A DNA stretch of 53,861 bases, taken from contig CAYIZM010000001.1 of NCBI GenBank assembly GCA_964368015.1, forward strand, positions 1-53,861. Reading direction: 5' to 3'. Position 1 is the stretch's first letter, and each line of letters begins with the position of its first letter. The translations under genes were made by a program, and so were the position numbers. Below are positions 19,642 through 30,662 of this stretch, piece after piece. A model generated the notes under the pieces. It worked only from the letters and a program-made list of their open reading frames with translations. It ran no database searches and was not told where the DNA came from. The DNA is from an uncultured Methanomassiliicoccales archaeon (GTDB lineage Archaea; Thermoplasmatota; Thermoplasmata; Methanomassiliicoccales; Methanomethylophilaceae).

Positions 19642-22446
19642 TCACTCACCTCCGCCGTAGTCGGAATCGCTGCTGTCTTCGAATTCATCCTCTTCATCCT
19701 CGGTGAATTCCATCTCGTCCTTTTCCTTAGCGCCGTAATCTTCGCCGATGTCTCTGTCGTCAGGACGGATCATTTCTTCCGCCGCGTCGTCGCCGAGAAC
19801 TTCAGCAAAAAGATCGTCCAGGTCTATAGCCTTTCCACGGACGGATCTGGTCGGGTCTACCCCGTCCTCTCCATACTTGAATTGGATGACCGTACCGACG
19901 GTGTTCCTTACTGTTCCATCGGAAGTAAGTTTAAGGTCCTCAAGAGCAGAAACTAGACGTCTCTGCATGTATCCTGATCTAGACGTCCTCACCGCAGTAT
20001 CGACCAATCCTTCACGTCCACCCATTGCGTGGAAGAAGAATTCTGTCGGTGCCAGACCGGATTTGTACGAATTGGAGCAGAATCCTCTGGCGTACGCACC
20101 CATGTCACCTTTGTGGAAATGTGACAAGGTCCTGTTCCAGTAACCTCTAGTAAGCCTCTCTCCACGAACCGACATCTGTCCGACACAACCTGCCATCTGC
20201 GACAAGTTAAGCATCGAACCACGGGCACCGGCCTTGGCCATGATGACCGCCGGATTGTCCATACCTAGATGTTTTCCTGCTACGGTACCGGCCTCATCAC
20301 GGGCCTCGCCTAGTTTCTTCATTACTTTGACCTCAAGAGTTTCTCTCAAAGAACGTCCAGGCATCTGTTCGAGAGTACCTTCTTGGTACGACTCGACAAG
20401 GCTTGAAACCTCATTGATACACTCTTGACTGTAGCTGTTGATCTGTAGAATTGCTTCTTCAGGGATATCCTCGTCTCCGATGCCTGTGCTGAAACCGTGG
20501 TTCATAAGGGCGCCCAATGCGAGTCTTGTGACGTTGTCTATGAATCTAGCGGCCTCATCTGACCCGTAATCACGAGCGACACGGTCGACGATCTTTCCTT
20601 TACTGTTACCAATACCTCTTACGTCTATAGTACCGCATAAAAGCTGAGAGTCGCGTATTTTGACATAAGCATCGAACTCACATTCTTCTTTCTTGCACGG
20701 TTTACAGTTCTGGCAGATGTTCGCCTTAAAGGTAGTACGGAATTCTTTCGGAAGTACCGAGGAGAACAGTTGTTTGCCAGTCCAATAAGGCTGACCCTCA
20801 TCATCGATCATTGGTTCCGGCATTTCTACGTTAGGCAACTTGAACATGATGTTAGTTGCTTCGGCCCTGTTGAAACGCGGATTGTTGTGAGTAAGGAAAT
20901 ACGCACCTGTTATGTGGTCGTGGATAGCTCCTATTATCGGGCCTCCATACCTGGGCGAAAGTACGTTCTCCTGCACTTGCATAAGAATACGGGCTTCCGC
21001 ACGAGCTTCTTCGGACTGAAGAACGTGAAGGTTCATCTCATCACCATCGAAGTCCGCATTGTAGGGCGGACAGACACAAAGGTTGAATCTGAAAGTACGT
21101 CCATCCATGATCCTGACGCGGTGCGCCATCATGGACATCCTGTGTAGCGAAGGCTGCCTGTTGAACAGGACGATATCTCCTTTTATGAGCTGTCTCTCAA
21201 CGATATAGTCGACTTCCAACCCTTCTGCAACATCTTCGGCGTTACGATCTGTAACACGTATCCTTCTTCCGTCGGATCTTATGACGTAATTTGCACCAGG
21301 AACATATTCGCCCATTTCTTGAGGAGGATTTGTTCCGCCAGCAACCAACGCCTTCAGTGTTTCAAGGTTGTTCTCGTTAACGTATACGGGTATTGTAAGC
21401 TCTCTTGCTGCGACCTCAGGAATACCTAGTTCGTTGATAGAGAGCATCGGGTCCGGTGAGATCACTGTACGAGCAGAGAAGTTCACACGCTTACCGGAAA
21501 GGTTGGATCTGAAACGTCCTTCTTTACCTTTCAATCTCTGTGAAAGGGTCTTAAGTGGACGTCCGGACCTGTGCCTTGCCGGGGGGATTCCAGATGTCTG
21601 GTTATCGAAATATGTTGTTATGTGGTACTGAAGCAGTTCCCAAAGATCTTCAACTATCAACTGAGGAGCACCTGCGTCGCGGTTCTCCCTCAGCCTCTGG
21701 TTGATCCTTAGGATATCTACTAGCTTGTGAGTAAGATCGTCCTCGGACCTGTCTCCAGAATCCAATGTGATAGATGGCCTTACAGTGACCGGCGGGACCG
21801 CTAGTGCTGTTAATACCATCCATTCAGGCCTACATGTTGACGGGTCGAACCCTAATGTAGCTAGATCGAAGTCCGTAATGCGTTCGAGCCTTTCGCGAAC
21901 TTCCTTAGGAGTAAGCTTGTGGTTGTCGTCTACTTCACGGAAAGTAGTAGGTTTGTCTAACTTTATCTTGATCTGTTCGGCGCTACAGTATGGACAGAGA
22001 CCTTTCGTGGATGCGCCTTTCGCTGTTGTCTTAGCGAGGTTCTTGACATCCATTGTGTCTCCACCTAGTTCTTCCATACGTTCAATGTCGGCAGTTGCCG
22101 AAGATATCTGTTCCGGGGTCAGCATAAGCCTTCCGCAGGAGCGGCAGGTACTGTCCAGAAGCATTTTGATATCTTTTATGAACCCCACATGGATAACTGG
22201 TAACGCCATGTCTATGTGACCGAAGTGTCCTGGGCACTCATCCACTTTATTACCGCATGTTTTACAGCGAAGTCCAGGTTCTATAACACCCATACGGGGG
22301 TCCATAAGACCCATATCGATAGGATAACCTTCATCGTCGTAAGTATCTGCGGTGATGACCTTGGTGGCGGACATCTTCCTTATCTCCTCAGGGGAGACAC
22401 AGGAGAATTTGATCGAGCCGATCCTCTTCGTGATACCTCTCATCAT
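19642..22446 (-). CDS. rpoA1: DNA-directed RNA polymerase subunit A'
   Basis: Zn motifs ([17 protein letters not shown]) and the catalytic [10 protein letters not shown] motif. ATGA overlap with the rpoB stop. The C-terminal tail is acidic. Confidence 0.95.
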   Translation of the reverse strand: MMRGITKRIGSIKFSCVSPEEIRKMSATKVITADTYDDEGYPIDMGLMDPRMGVIEPGLRCKTCGNKVDECPGHFGHIDMALPVIHVGFIKDIKMLLDSTCRSCGRLMLTPEQISSATADIERMEELGGDTMDVKNLAKTTAKGASTKGLCPYCSAEQIKIKLDKPTTFREVDDNHKLTPKEVRERLERITDFDLATLGFDPSTCRPEWMVLTALAVPPVTVRPSITLDSGDRSEDDLTHKLVDILRINQRLRENRDAGAPQLIVEDLWELLQYHITTYFDNQTSGIPPARHRSGRPLKTLSQRLKGKEGRFRSNLSGKRVNFSARTVISPDPMLSINELGIPEVAARELTIPVYVNENNLETLKALVAGGTNPPQEMGEYVPGANYVIRSDGRRIRVTDRNAEDVAEGLEVDYIVERQLIKGDIVLFNRQPSLHRMSMMAHRVRIMDGRTFRFNLCVCPPYNADFDGDEMNLHVLQSEEARAEARILMQVQENVLSPRYGGPIIGAIHDHITGAYFLTHNNPRFNRAEATNIMFKLPNVEMPEPMIDDEGQPYWTGKQLFSSVLPKEFRTTFKANICQNCKPCKKEECEFDAYVKIRDSQLLCGTIDVRGIGNSKGKIVDRVARDYGSDEAARFIDNVTRLALGALMNHGFSTGIGDEDIPEEAILQINSYSQECINEVSSLVESYQEGTLEQMPGRSLRETLEVKVMKKLGEARDEAGTVAGKHLGMDNPAVIMAKAGARGSMLNLSQMAGCVGQMSVRGERLTRGYWNRTLSHFHKGDMGAYARGFCSNSYKSGLAPTEFFFHAMGGREGLVDTAVRTSRSGYMQRRLVSALEDLKLTSDGTVRNTVGTVIQFKYGEDGVDPTRSVRGKAIDLDDLFAEVLGDDAAEEMIRPDDRDIGEDYGAKEKDEMEFTEDEEDEFEDSSDSDYGGGE

Positions 22447-25400
22447 CTTAAATCCTCCAATTGAAGCCTCATAGCAACACCAAGCGACAGCAACTCATCC
22501 ATGAGCAGCTTGAACGCATAGGATGTTTGTACAAGGTGTATGTTGGTCGTGTTCTTACATACTGGGCAGTAAAGACTGCCGAATTTGTTCATTATGGCAA
22601 CGTGACCGCACTTCGGGTTACCGCAGACATACTGCTGTGTTCCGTCGGACTGGTCCAACAGACGGTCTTTGATGACCATTGCAGCTCCGTGACCGATCAA
22701 ACAGTCACGTTCCATCTCACCGAATCTGAGACCTCCCTGTCTGGAACGTCCCTCGGTGGGTTGTCTAGTAAGAATCTGAACGGGTCCTCTTGAACGTACG
22801 TGGAGTTTTCCGCTGACCATGTGGTGCAGCTTTTCGTAGTAGATGACTCCGGTGTACACATCCATCTGGATGATGCGTCCGGTGACACCGTCGTACATTA
22901 TCTCTTTTCCGTCGTTCTTGAATCCGTTCCTGATAAGTCCGTCACGGACCGATTCTTCCTTCTCGCCTGAGAAAGCAGTACCGTCGACTAGACGTCCTTC
23001 CATTGCTCCAACCTTTCCAGCGATCATTTCCAACACGTGACCGATGGTCATACGTGAAGGTATACCGTGTGGGTTCACAACTAGGTCAGGAGTGATCCCC
23101 TGACATGTGAAAGGCATGTCGCACTGATCTACAAGTTTACCGATAACACCTTTCTGCCCGAATCTGGAACAGAACTTGTCACCTAGTTCGGGGATCCTCT
23201 GATCCCTTACTTTAACACGTACAAGTCTGGACCCATTCTCGGACTCGGTTATCATAACAGAGTCTATGAATCCGGTCTCACCAGGTCTAACAGTGACTGA
23301 AGTTTCTCTTCTCTTCTGAGGCGTTAGGAAATCTGTCTCCTCTTCTAAGAATCTAGGAGGGGATGTTTTTCCTACTAGTACGTCACTTCCAGTGATGTCC
23401 GCTTCAGGATAGATCAAACCATCTTCACTTAGTGAAGCGTATGAAAGATCTGTACGGGCACCCATGATGTCGGCCGAAGGTATCTCGAAATGATCCTCCT
23501 GGCCTCCTGGATAGCGGCGTTCCTCGGAGCGGTAGGACCTTAAGAAGGTCGAACGTCCAAGTCCTCTCTGGATAGAGCTCTTGTTCATGACCAACGCATC
23601 TTCTATGTTATATCCGTGGTATGAAAGAACAGCTATGCAGAAGTTCTGGCCGGCAGGCCTGTGGTTGTATCCGATGAACTTCATCGTCTCGGTCTGAACC
23701 ATAGGCGACTGAGGATAATGCATCAGATGTCCTCTTGTATCTGGTCTGATACGATAGTTTGCAGCAGGTATACCTAGCGCCTGTTTTGCCATCGCAGCGC
23801 CCATAGTGATACGTGGTGCAGAGTTGTGTTCAGGATATGGAATTACACCTGCAGAAACACCTAGAATTACCATCGGGTCGAGTTCCATGTGTGTATGTTC
23901 CTTAGTTATCTTAGTTACAGCAGAGAATTCTCCGTTGCACCAGTTACACTTAAGGATCTCCTCGGTTGCGTTGGTACCGGAGTTCATCCAATCAATGTCC
24001 ATAACGGATATTGTGTGATTACAGTGTTCACACCTGTCAGGCATATCGAAAGCGTCAACGAGGACGAGAAGATCTTCTTCTTCCTCTGCGTCGACCCATT
24101 CTACGATACCTTCGCGGAATAACTCGTTCCAATTGATCTTACCCTCACGGATCTTCTCAATGTGTTTTCTTGTAATGACAGTTCTTCCGTCTTTGAGCAC
24201 CAACAGAGGGCGTCTAAGACGTCCTTCGTCACAATTGATAATTATCTCGTCCATTTCTTCGTCGTAACGGACGTTGATCTCATTCGATAGTAGTCCACTT
24301 CTTCTGCGGTCCCTTACGTGATACACAAGGTCAGCGGGAGCGTTGTGGGTTCCTACAAGATCTCCATTGACGAATACACGGGTACCGCTTTCTTTAACGG
24401 AACCTATTCCAAGGTCTCGCAATGTCAATCTGACATCCTGTTCGGGGAATCCCTCTGAAACGTCTATGATCAATGCAGCGTTCTTTACCAGACCGCAGTT
24501 CTGTCCTTCCGGAGTTTCTGCTGGACAAAGTCTTCCCCACTGTGTAGGGTGCAAGTCACGAGCTTCGAAGTGAGGCTGACTCCTTGTTAGGGATGATGTT
24601 ATTCTTCTAAGATGGGACACCGCTGAAAGGTTGGATGTCCTGTCGAGAAGTTGAGATACACCAGCACGACCGCCGACCCAGTTACCTGTGGCCAGTGCGT
24701 GCAATAGTTTGTGCGTGAGCAAGTCTGGACGAATAGAAGATGAGATGTTCAACTCGTTCTTCTTTCTTCCCCAGTTCCTCTCTAGCTGATATTTCAGGTC
24801 CTTCATCAGACTGCTGAAACTTGTTCTGAAAAGATCTTCCATAAGGTCGCCCGAGAGCTTGAGCCTCTTGTTGGCGTAGTGGTCCTTATCGTCCTCTTTT
24901 CTCTTTCCAAGTGAAAGTTCAAGAACGGAACGTGCGATACGTCCGAGATAGATCGCTTTCTTCATGCGGTCTTCTGATGTGTCCCCTAAGTGAGGCAGCA
25001 ACGAATGATCGAGAATGCTTTCTACCTTTTTGGTCCTGTACTCTTTAGCCTGACCTGCCGCAAAGTTCCTCTCAAGGTACATTATTGCGTCTTCAGTTGA
25101 GTGGTATCCGTTAGGAGCGTATGTCTTCTTGTCAAGAGATGCTTCGATGTTAGCGTAGATAGAATTGGTCATCGATTCGTCTGAAAAGATGGTCTCGTAG
25201 ATTTCTTGATCAGATTCCATGCCCAATGCTTTCATTAATGCAACAAGTGGGATCGCGCTGGATGCTACAGGTACCGATACCATGAGCATTCCATCTTTCT
25301 TCTTCTCAACAAGGGTCAACGCACGGTATCCGTCCCTCTGTGAAAAGACCTTAGCCGATTCTACTGGGTTACCGTATCTCTGGTTGAATTCCACCATGAC

Positions 25401-26045
25401 CCTGTTGGGCGCCAGATCTTCTAATGTTATAAGGGCCCTTTCGGTACCTCCGATTATGAAGTATCCTCCAGGTTCCTCAGGATCCTCTTTGTGAGTAATT
25501 AACAATTGATGATATTCTTCATCGGTAAGGCGGCGATCCTGTGCAAGGTTCACTACGTCACGATTAAGATTGCATCCTTTGGATTTGATCATCATCGGCA
25601 GGTTGCCGACGCGGATCCATTTCTCATTCTCAGGAGAGATTATCTCTTCTCCGTCCTCGTACAGATCGAAACGTACGTAGACCGGTGAAAGATAGTTCAA
25701 ATTCCTTAGTCTAGCTTCCATCGGGACCAGTTCGTGACTGTATCCGTTGGCTTCCATGACCTTTGGCGGTTCGATGCGAACGGTCGGTTTTGCCTGTGGA
25801 TCGATGTCACCTGCTTCGGTCCTTACACGACCGATGCGGATCTCGATGTTCCTGCCGCCTGCGCGCTCTGGATCCAATCTAATGGTTCCACGTGCAGTAT
25901 CGTCAGTTGGTACGCGTATATCATCAACGATCTTCTGCATCCTGCTGTTAGGATTGTCAGCAGTTGCCAAGAAATCGTTGTAAGACGAAAGGTGGTGATT
26001 GACTATGTTACGTTCTGTGAAATAAAGGTCTACAAGGTCTCTCAT
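22443..26045 (-). CDS. rpoB: DNA-directed RNA polymerase subunit B (unsplit)
   Basis: 1200 aa. It carries [13 protein letters not shown], the [14 protein letters not shown] motif and the C-terminal Zn ribbon [16 protein letters not shown] overlap with the rpoH stop. Confidence 0.95.
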   Translation of the reverse strand: MRDLVDLYFTERNIVNHHLSSYNDFLATADNPNSRMQKIVDDIRVPTDDTARGTIRLDPERAGGRNIEIRIGRVRTEAGDIDPQAKPTVRIEPPKVMEANGYSHELVPMEARLRNLNYLSPVYVRFDLYEDGEEIISPENEKWIRVGNLPMMIKSKGCNLNRDVVNLAQDRRLTDEEYHQLLITHKEDPEEPGGYFIIGGTERALITLEDLAPNRVMVEFNQRYGNPVESAKVFSQRDGYRALTLVEKKKDGMLMVSVPVASSAIPLVALMKALGMESDQEIYETIFSDESMTNSIYANIEASLDKKTYAPNGYHSTEDAIMYLERNFAAGQAKEYRTKKVESILDHSLLPHLGDTSEDRMKKAIYLGRIARSVLELSLGKRKEDDKDHYANKRLKLSGDLMEDLFRTSFSSLMKDLKYQLERNWGRKKNELNISSSIRPDLLTHKLLHALATGNWVGGRAGVSQLLDRTSNLSAVSHLRRITSSLTRSQPHFEARDLHPTQWGRLCPAETPEGQNCGLVKNAALIIDVSEGFPEQDVRLTLRDLGIGSVKESGTRVFVNGDLVGTHNAPADLVYHVRDRRRSGLLSNEINVRYDEEMDEIIINCDEGRLRRPLLVLKDGRTVITRKHIEKIREGKINWNELFREGIVEWVDAEEEEDLLVLVDAFDMPDRCEHCNHTISVMDIDWMNSGTNATEEILKCNWCNGEFSAVTKITKEHTHMELDPMVILGVSAGVIPYPEHNSAPRITMGAAMAKQALGIPAANYRIRPDTRGHLMHYPQSPMVQTETMKFIGYNHRPAGQNFCIAVLSYHGYNIEDALVMNKSSIQRGLGRSTFLRSYRSEERRYPGGQEDHFEIPSADIMGARTDLSYASLSEDGLIYPEADITGSDVLVGKTSPPRFLEEETDFLTPQKRRETSVTVRPGETGFIDSVMITESENGSRLVRVKVRDQRIPELGDKFCSRFGQKGVIGKLVDQCDMPFTCQGITPDLVVNPHGIPSRMTIGHVLEMIAGKVGAMEGRLVDGTAFSGEKEESVRDGLIRNGFKNDGKEIMYDGVTGRIIQMDVYTGVIYYEKLHHMVSGKLHVRSRGPVQILTRQPTEGRSRQGGLRFGEMERDCLIGHGAAMVIKDRLLDQSDGTQQYVCGNPKCGHVAIMNKFGSLYCPVCKNTTNIHLVQTSYAFKLLMDELLSLGVAMRLQLEDLR

Positions 26046-26314
26046 GCCTTCGCCCCCGTGACAAGTCTGTATGCGACAAACTCCTCCGCCGTTTCACTTT
26101 TTCGTACTATTTTTACTATACGCCCTTCGTCGATGGGGCCATGTACTGATTCGAGCACCTTAATTCCGGCATCACTCTTCTTGATCTTCGGGAGTTGGTC
26201 GCGGGTCATGCCCATCTGAGCAAGTACCGCATCCGAATCTTCCTCGGAAAGAAGGTGATGTTCGGGCACAAGTCTGTGTTCGAGAACGTTAAACGAGATA
26301 TTATTTGTTGCCAA
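26042..26314 (-). CDS. rpoH: DNA-directed RNA polymerase subunit H
   Basis: 90 aa with [25 protein letters not shown] start preceded by the SD GGTAGGTGA. It is the first gene of the RNAP operon. Confidence 0.85.
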   Translation of the reverse strand: MATNNISFNVLEHRLVPEHHLLSEEDSDAVLAQMGMTRDQLPKIKKSDAGIKVLESVHGPIDEGRIVKIVRKSETAEEFVAYRLVTGAKA

Positions 26315-26428
26315 AGTTTCACCTACCTACTGCCCCGCTACGGGATTGCGGGTAACTGGTTTTAAAATTTGTGAATTTCATTTTCCTCATACTTGATCCG
26401 CCGTCTGATCGCTCATGAAGTCTACCAG

Positions 26429-26502
26429 CGGGCCTGAAGGGATTCGAACCCTTGACCACCTGATTAAAAGTCAGATGCTCTACCTAGCTGAGCTACAGGC
26501 CC
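26429..26502 (-). tRNA. tRNA-Lys (anticodon TTT)
   Basis: I folded it by hand. The acceptor stem is GGGCCTG/CAGGCCC, the anticodon loop is CTTTTAA and the T-loop is TTCGAAT. No 3' CCA is encoded. Confidence 0.9.
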
Positions 26503-26539
26503 TTAGATAGCTTAAGCTTGTAATATGTGCTGAACTCTT

Positions 26540-26553
26540 CCTTATATATAAGG
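26540..26553. promoter_or_regulatory. Perfect 14-bp palindromic TATA-like element CCTTATATATAAGG
   Basis: The element is self-complementary. It lies in the intergenic region between tRNA-Lys (-) and cdc48 (+). Its role as a promoter is inferred only. Confidence 0.3.
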
Positions 26554-26700
26554 TCTTGTTTTTGACAGGGTTTATACAGCGTTATTAACACACCTAGCAC
26601 TCAAATAAGGCGCAGAACAATAAAAGTTTTTCTCAAAAGAACCGCACCCCCTCGTATTTTTGGAATATCTATTATAACGGAATTACAATCGGGAACTGTT

Positions 26701-28887
26701 ATGGTAGATCTTCTTGAACTCAAAGTGGGTATGGCCCGCAGACAGTCCGAAACTGGATACGGTAGAGCAAGAATGGATGCCGTCTCCCGTAACGCCCTAG
26801 GACTTGAGATCGGGGACGTTGTAGAGATAAGCGGACGTAATATTGCGGTCGCCAAGGTTTTCAAAGGCGACTTAGAAGACGAAAGTAGAGGCATCATACG
26901 TATCGACGGTCTTACAAGGACCAGCGCCGGGATCGGCGTAGATGATACCGTAAAAGTCAGGAAATGCATACCGTCACCTGCTGAAAAAGTCACACTCGCC
27001 CCTAATCTACCTGAAGGAAAGAAAGCAAAATACAGTGAAGGTATCGAATCTGTTTTTCTCAAGGACCTTACCGGAAGACCATTGATCAAAGGATTGGATA
27101 TACTCCTTCCTAACGTGGCGCTTCTCGGGAACCGTTCTACCTTCTCGGTTGTAGCTACAGTGCCTCAAGGTCCCGTGACCGTTATGCCAGAGACCGTCAT
27201 TATTCTGAAGGATTCCCACAGTAACGGAAATAAGGTCAGGAACATCACTTATGATGACATCGGCGGTCTTGACGGCGAACTAAAGAGAATAAGGGAGCTC
27301 GTAGAATTACCGTTAAAACATCCCGAACTTTTTGAAAGGCTTGGGATAGCTCCGCCCAACGGAGTACTTATGTACGGACCTTCCGGGACCGGTAAAACAC
27401 TTATCGCTCAAGCAGTAGCTAACGAATCAGGAGCTTCTTTTTACCCTGTACAAGGCCCAGAGATAATGGGCAGTTACTACGGACAGAGCGAAGAACGTTT
27501 ACGTGACATATTCAAAGATGCGGCAGATAACGCCCCCAGTATCGTATTCCTTGATGAGATAGATTCTATCGCACCCAATAGGAATTCAGTCTCCGGTGAA
27601 GTAGAAAAAAGAGTTGTGGCCCAGCTACTTACACTAATGGATGGATTAAGCGATCGGGAAGGAGTTATCGTTATAGGGGCTACGAACAGGGAAGAATCCA
27701 TCGACCCTGCCTTAAGACGACCCGGGAGATTCGATCGGGAGATAGAGATCGGCGTGCCCGGCAGGGCCGCGCGAAAAGAGATACTTGATGTTCATACAAG
27801 GAACATGCCCATAGCCGATGATGTTAACACGGATGATCTTGCGGCGATAACCCAAGGCTTCGTTGGTGCAGATCTTGCTGCACTTTGCAGAGAAAGTGCC
27901 ATGCAGTGTCTGAGCTCCCATATAGAAGAATTGGATCTGGACAAACCTATACCTTCCGAGAAACTTGCTGAGATGAAAGTAACGATGCAAGATTTTATCG
28001 AAGCCCTAGCAGATGTGGAACCCAGCGGAATGCGTGAGGTCCTAGTGGATATCCCTAAGGTTAATTGGGGTGACGTGGGTGGCCTAGATAGTATAAAGAA
28101 CGAGATACGGGAAGTGTTCATACCCAGTGAAGGATTGAAGGCCTTCGAAAGACTTGGGATAAGTCCTGGTAAAGGACTACTATTGTACGGCCCTCCCGGC
28201 ACTGGTAAAACGTTGATAGCTAAAGCCGTCGCCAACGAATCCGGAGCAAATTTCATATCGGTAAGTGGTCCAGAGATGGCCAGTAAATGGCTCGGGGAGA
28301 CCGAACGCGCGATAAGACACATTTTCAAAAGGGCCAAACAGATGTCCCCCTGTATAATCTTCTTTGACGAGATAGATTCTATCGCACCTAGACGTGGGAA
28401 CGGGGGAGACGGCGTATGGGAACGGGCAGTAGCGCAATTACTAACGGCAATGGACGGCGTCGAGACCTTGGGTAACGTTACTATAATAGCGGCCACCAAC
28501 CGCCCAGATATGATAGACCCTGCACTGCTCAGACCTGGGAGATTCGACAGACTTGTGCTGGTAGGTAAACCGGACCTGAAGAGCAGACTTAGGATATTGG
28601 AGGTCCATACGAAAAAAATGCCGTTGGTCGATATCGATCTAATTGATATTGCAGCGATAACGGACGGTTATGTGGGGGCGGATCTTGCTGCACTATGTAG
28701 AGAATCCGGGATGGCAGCTTACCGAGAGAATCCAAATGCGGAGTTTGTTGGACGACGTCATTTTGACACAGCTATGAAGATCGTGAAACCCTCTGTGGAA
28801 CCGGGAACCTTTGAGAACTTTGAGAACATCGGCAAAGAAATGAAGAAGCGCAGAGATGGATGGGATGGAATTCCATTTTACGGGTGA
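26701..28887 (+). CDS. cdc48: Cdc48/VCP-like AAA+ ATPase (two AAA domains)
   Basis: Two Walker A motifs (GPSGTGKT, GPPGTGKT) and two Walker B motifs (VFLDEIDS, IFFDEIDS). An N-domain is present. The C-terminus ends in FYG, which fits the HbYX pattern. Confidence 0.9.
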   Translation: MVDLLELKVGMARRQSETGYGRARMDAVSRNALGLEIGDVVEISGRNIAVAKVFKGDLEDESRGIIRIDGLTRTSAGIGVDDTVKVRKCIPSPAEKVTLAPNLPEGKKAKYSEGIESVFLKDLTGRPLIKGLDILLPNVALLGNRSTFSVVATVPQGPVTVMPETVIILKDSHSNGNKVRNITYDDIGGLDGELKRIRELVELPLKHPELFERLGIAPPNGVLMYGPSGTGKTLIAQAVANESGASFYPVQGPEIMGSYYGQSEERLRDIFKDAADNAPSIVFLDEIDSIAPNRNSVSGEVEKRVVAQLLTLMDGLSDREGVIVIGATNREESIDPALRRPGRFDREIEIGVPGRAARKEILDVHTRNMPIADDVNTDDLAAITQGFVGADLAALCRESAMQCLSSHIEELDLDKPIPSEKLAEMKVTMQDFIEALADVEPSGMREVLVDIPKVNWGDVGGLDSIKNEIREVFIPSEGLKAFERLGISPGKGLLLYGPPGTGKTLIAKAVANESGANFISVSGPEMASKWLGETERAIRHIFKRAKQMSPCIIFFDEIDSIAPRRGNGGDGVWERAVAQLLTAMDGVETLGNVTIIAATNRPDMIDPALLRPGRFDRLVLVGKPDLKSRLRILEVHTKKMPLVDIDLIDIAAITDGYVGADLAALCRESGMAAYRENPNAEFVGRRHFDTAMKIVKPSVEPGTFENFENIGKEMKKRRDGWDGIPFYG

Positions 28888-28891
28888 TATT

Positions 28892-29134
28892 ATGAACGGA
28901 GTTAAATTTTATTCAAGAGAACTGATCGGATGCGTTGTTGAGACGATCTCGGGAAATCCCGTAGGAATACTGGATGACCTCGTTATCGATACCGTTGGAG
29001 GGCGGATAAAATATCTTTTGATCAAACCCTCTAACAATGTGATCAAAGGTGCGGACAAAGTTGACGAAAAGGGACGTTTGGTCGTGGAAACCAATCGTAT
29101 ACGTTTAGAAAAAGATAGGATCATCATCAACTAA
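28892..29134 (+). CDS. Small PRC-barrel domain protein
   Basis: 80 aa with LIGCVVETISGNPVGILDDLVIDTVGGRIKYLLIKP. The ATG lies 5 nt after the cdc48 stop. Confidence 0.65.
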   Translation: MNGVKFYSRELIGCVVETISGNPVGILDDLVIDTVGGRIKYLLIKPSNNVIKGADKVDEKGRLVVETNRIRLEKDRIIIN

Positions 29135-30662
29135 GATCTTTGACCATATAGGGATGTTCTAGTCTGTATCCTAGATCCCTATAGAGCCTACGATCTCCGA
29201 CACCGCAAGTAACTTTCATATTGAAAGCTCCTAAGGACCTGGCGATCTCTTCGGCCTTTTTTAAAAGCTGTGTATCGTATCCTCTGTTGTGCCATGTTCC
29301 TGCGTTGGAAGTAGAACTGAGGCTTCCAGAAACTTTTATTTCTCTTATTGATGCTTTACCTTCGTGGGTCCTCAAACGTAAGAAACCGATCACTGAGTCC
29401 TGATGTTCAAAACTTATGAAATGTTCTGTAGCACCTGACGCCTCGTACTCTATTACCTTCAATTCCGCATCTTCGGGGTCCGTAGGAGTCGTGCCCGTAT
29501 GACCGACCTCGCGGCAACGTAAACATCTACACTTCTTCCCCTGTTCGGCCAGGTGTTTTTGTACTAGTTGTCGAAGATTACTTTTCATTACTCCAGCAGC
29601 GATCTCTGGTACCGGGATGTCACGTTGGATACGCTGTATCCTAACGTATTCGGGGACCATAGATTTCATTTCAGAAAGAAGCTGGGTAGCCATTTCTGTA
29701 TCGTATGGTTCATATTCACCGGCCACCCACATATCGTATAATTGGGTTTTAGGGATTACCAGTGTTGTATAAAATTTAAATGAATCCGGTCTGAAATCAG
29801 GATCGGAAAAAATACGCTTGAAAGAATCCATGTCCTTTTCCATATTCGATCCAGGAAGACCTGGCATGATATGGTAACATACCGGTATCCCGGCTTCTTT
29901 ACATGCACGTGTGGATTCTATTATGTGATTGATATCATGTCCGCGATTGACCGCCGATAGAATATCGTCATCAAGGATCTGTACCCCTAGTTCCACTCTC
30001 GTAGCTCCAAGACCCATAGCATCCTTTATTTCTTCAGTAGTAAATGAATCTGGACGGACCTCTACGGCCAAGGCTACACAGTGATGGTCCGAATCTTCGT
30101 TGATATCTTGAGCTGTTCGAAGATCTTCAGAATCAATGCCGTTCATAGCATCGAAACATCTACGGACGAACCATTCCTTGTACTCCTCGTCCCTGCACGT
30201 AAAAGTGCCGCCCATGATGATCAGATCTATTTTTGACGTGTCATGACCTATCACGGTCAATTGATCTATCCTATCGTTTACTTGGCGATAGGGATCATAC
30301 TCGTTCCTGCCTGCACGGCGAGCTGCTGGCTCCTTACCGGTGTATGACTGCGGAGAATTATTATCGACACCTCCAGGACAGAATATACATTTTCCATGTG
30401 GACAGGGATGTGGCGAGGCCATTACAGCTACGACGGCAGTACCACTTGCGGTCCTCATAGGTTTTTTTATTAGCAACGGTAAAAAGAGCTCTCGGTCCTC
30501 GTCGCTAACGTGAGCAAGTATCTCCGAGTTAGGAGGAACGGCCTTAAGACCTAATTCTCCGCATAATCTGATCTTCTTATCTTGGATCCCTTTGCGTGTG
30601 GTGACTTCCCCGCTCTTCACCGCAGCGATAAGATGTTCTGCAAGCTGTGACACGTCTCTCAT
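29127..30662 (-). CDS. elp3: Elp3-type radical SAM / GNAT acetyltransferase (tRNA uridine-34 modification)
   Basis: CPHGKCIFCPGG cluster motif and a C-terminal GNAT segment (HNRGYDTQLLKKAEEIA). ATG at 30662 forms an ATGA overlap with the upstream small ORF. The longer ORF-track start at 30728 is unlikely. Confidence 0.85.
   Translation of the reverse strand: MRDVSQLAEHLIAAVKSGEVTTRKGIQDKKIRLCGELGLKAVPPNSEILAHVSDEDRELFLPLLIKKPMRTASGTAVVAVMASPHPCPHGKCIFCPGGVDNNSPQSYTGKEPAARRAGRNEYDPYRQVNDRIDQLTVIGHDTSKIDLIIMGGTFTCRDEEYKEWFVRRCFDAMNGIDSEDLRTAQDINEDSDHHCVALAVEVRPDSFTTEEIKDAMGLGATRVELGVQILDDDILSAVNRGHDINHIIESTRACKEAGIPVCYHIMPGLPGSNMEKDMDSFKRIFSDPDFRPDSFKFYTTLVIPKTQLYDMWVAGEYEPYDTEMATQLLSEMKSMVPEYVRIQRIQRDIPVPEIAAGVMKSNLRQLVQKHLAEQGKKCRCLRCREVGHTGTTPTDPEDAELKVIEYEASGATEHFISFEHQDSVIGFLRLRTHEGKASIREIKVSGSLSSTSNAGTWHNRGYDTQLLKKAEEIARSLGAFNMKVTCGVGDRRLYRDLGYRLEHPYMVKDLS

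Noticed and set aside
27792-28499. 235-aa minus-strand ORF inside cdc48
   Set aside because: It is antisense to the second AAA domain of Cdc48 and has a low-complexity Ser/Pro/Ala-rich translation.
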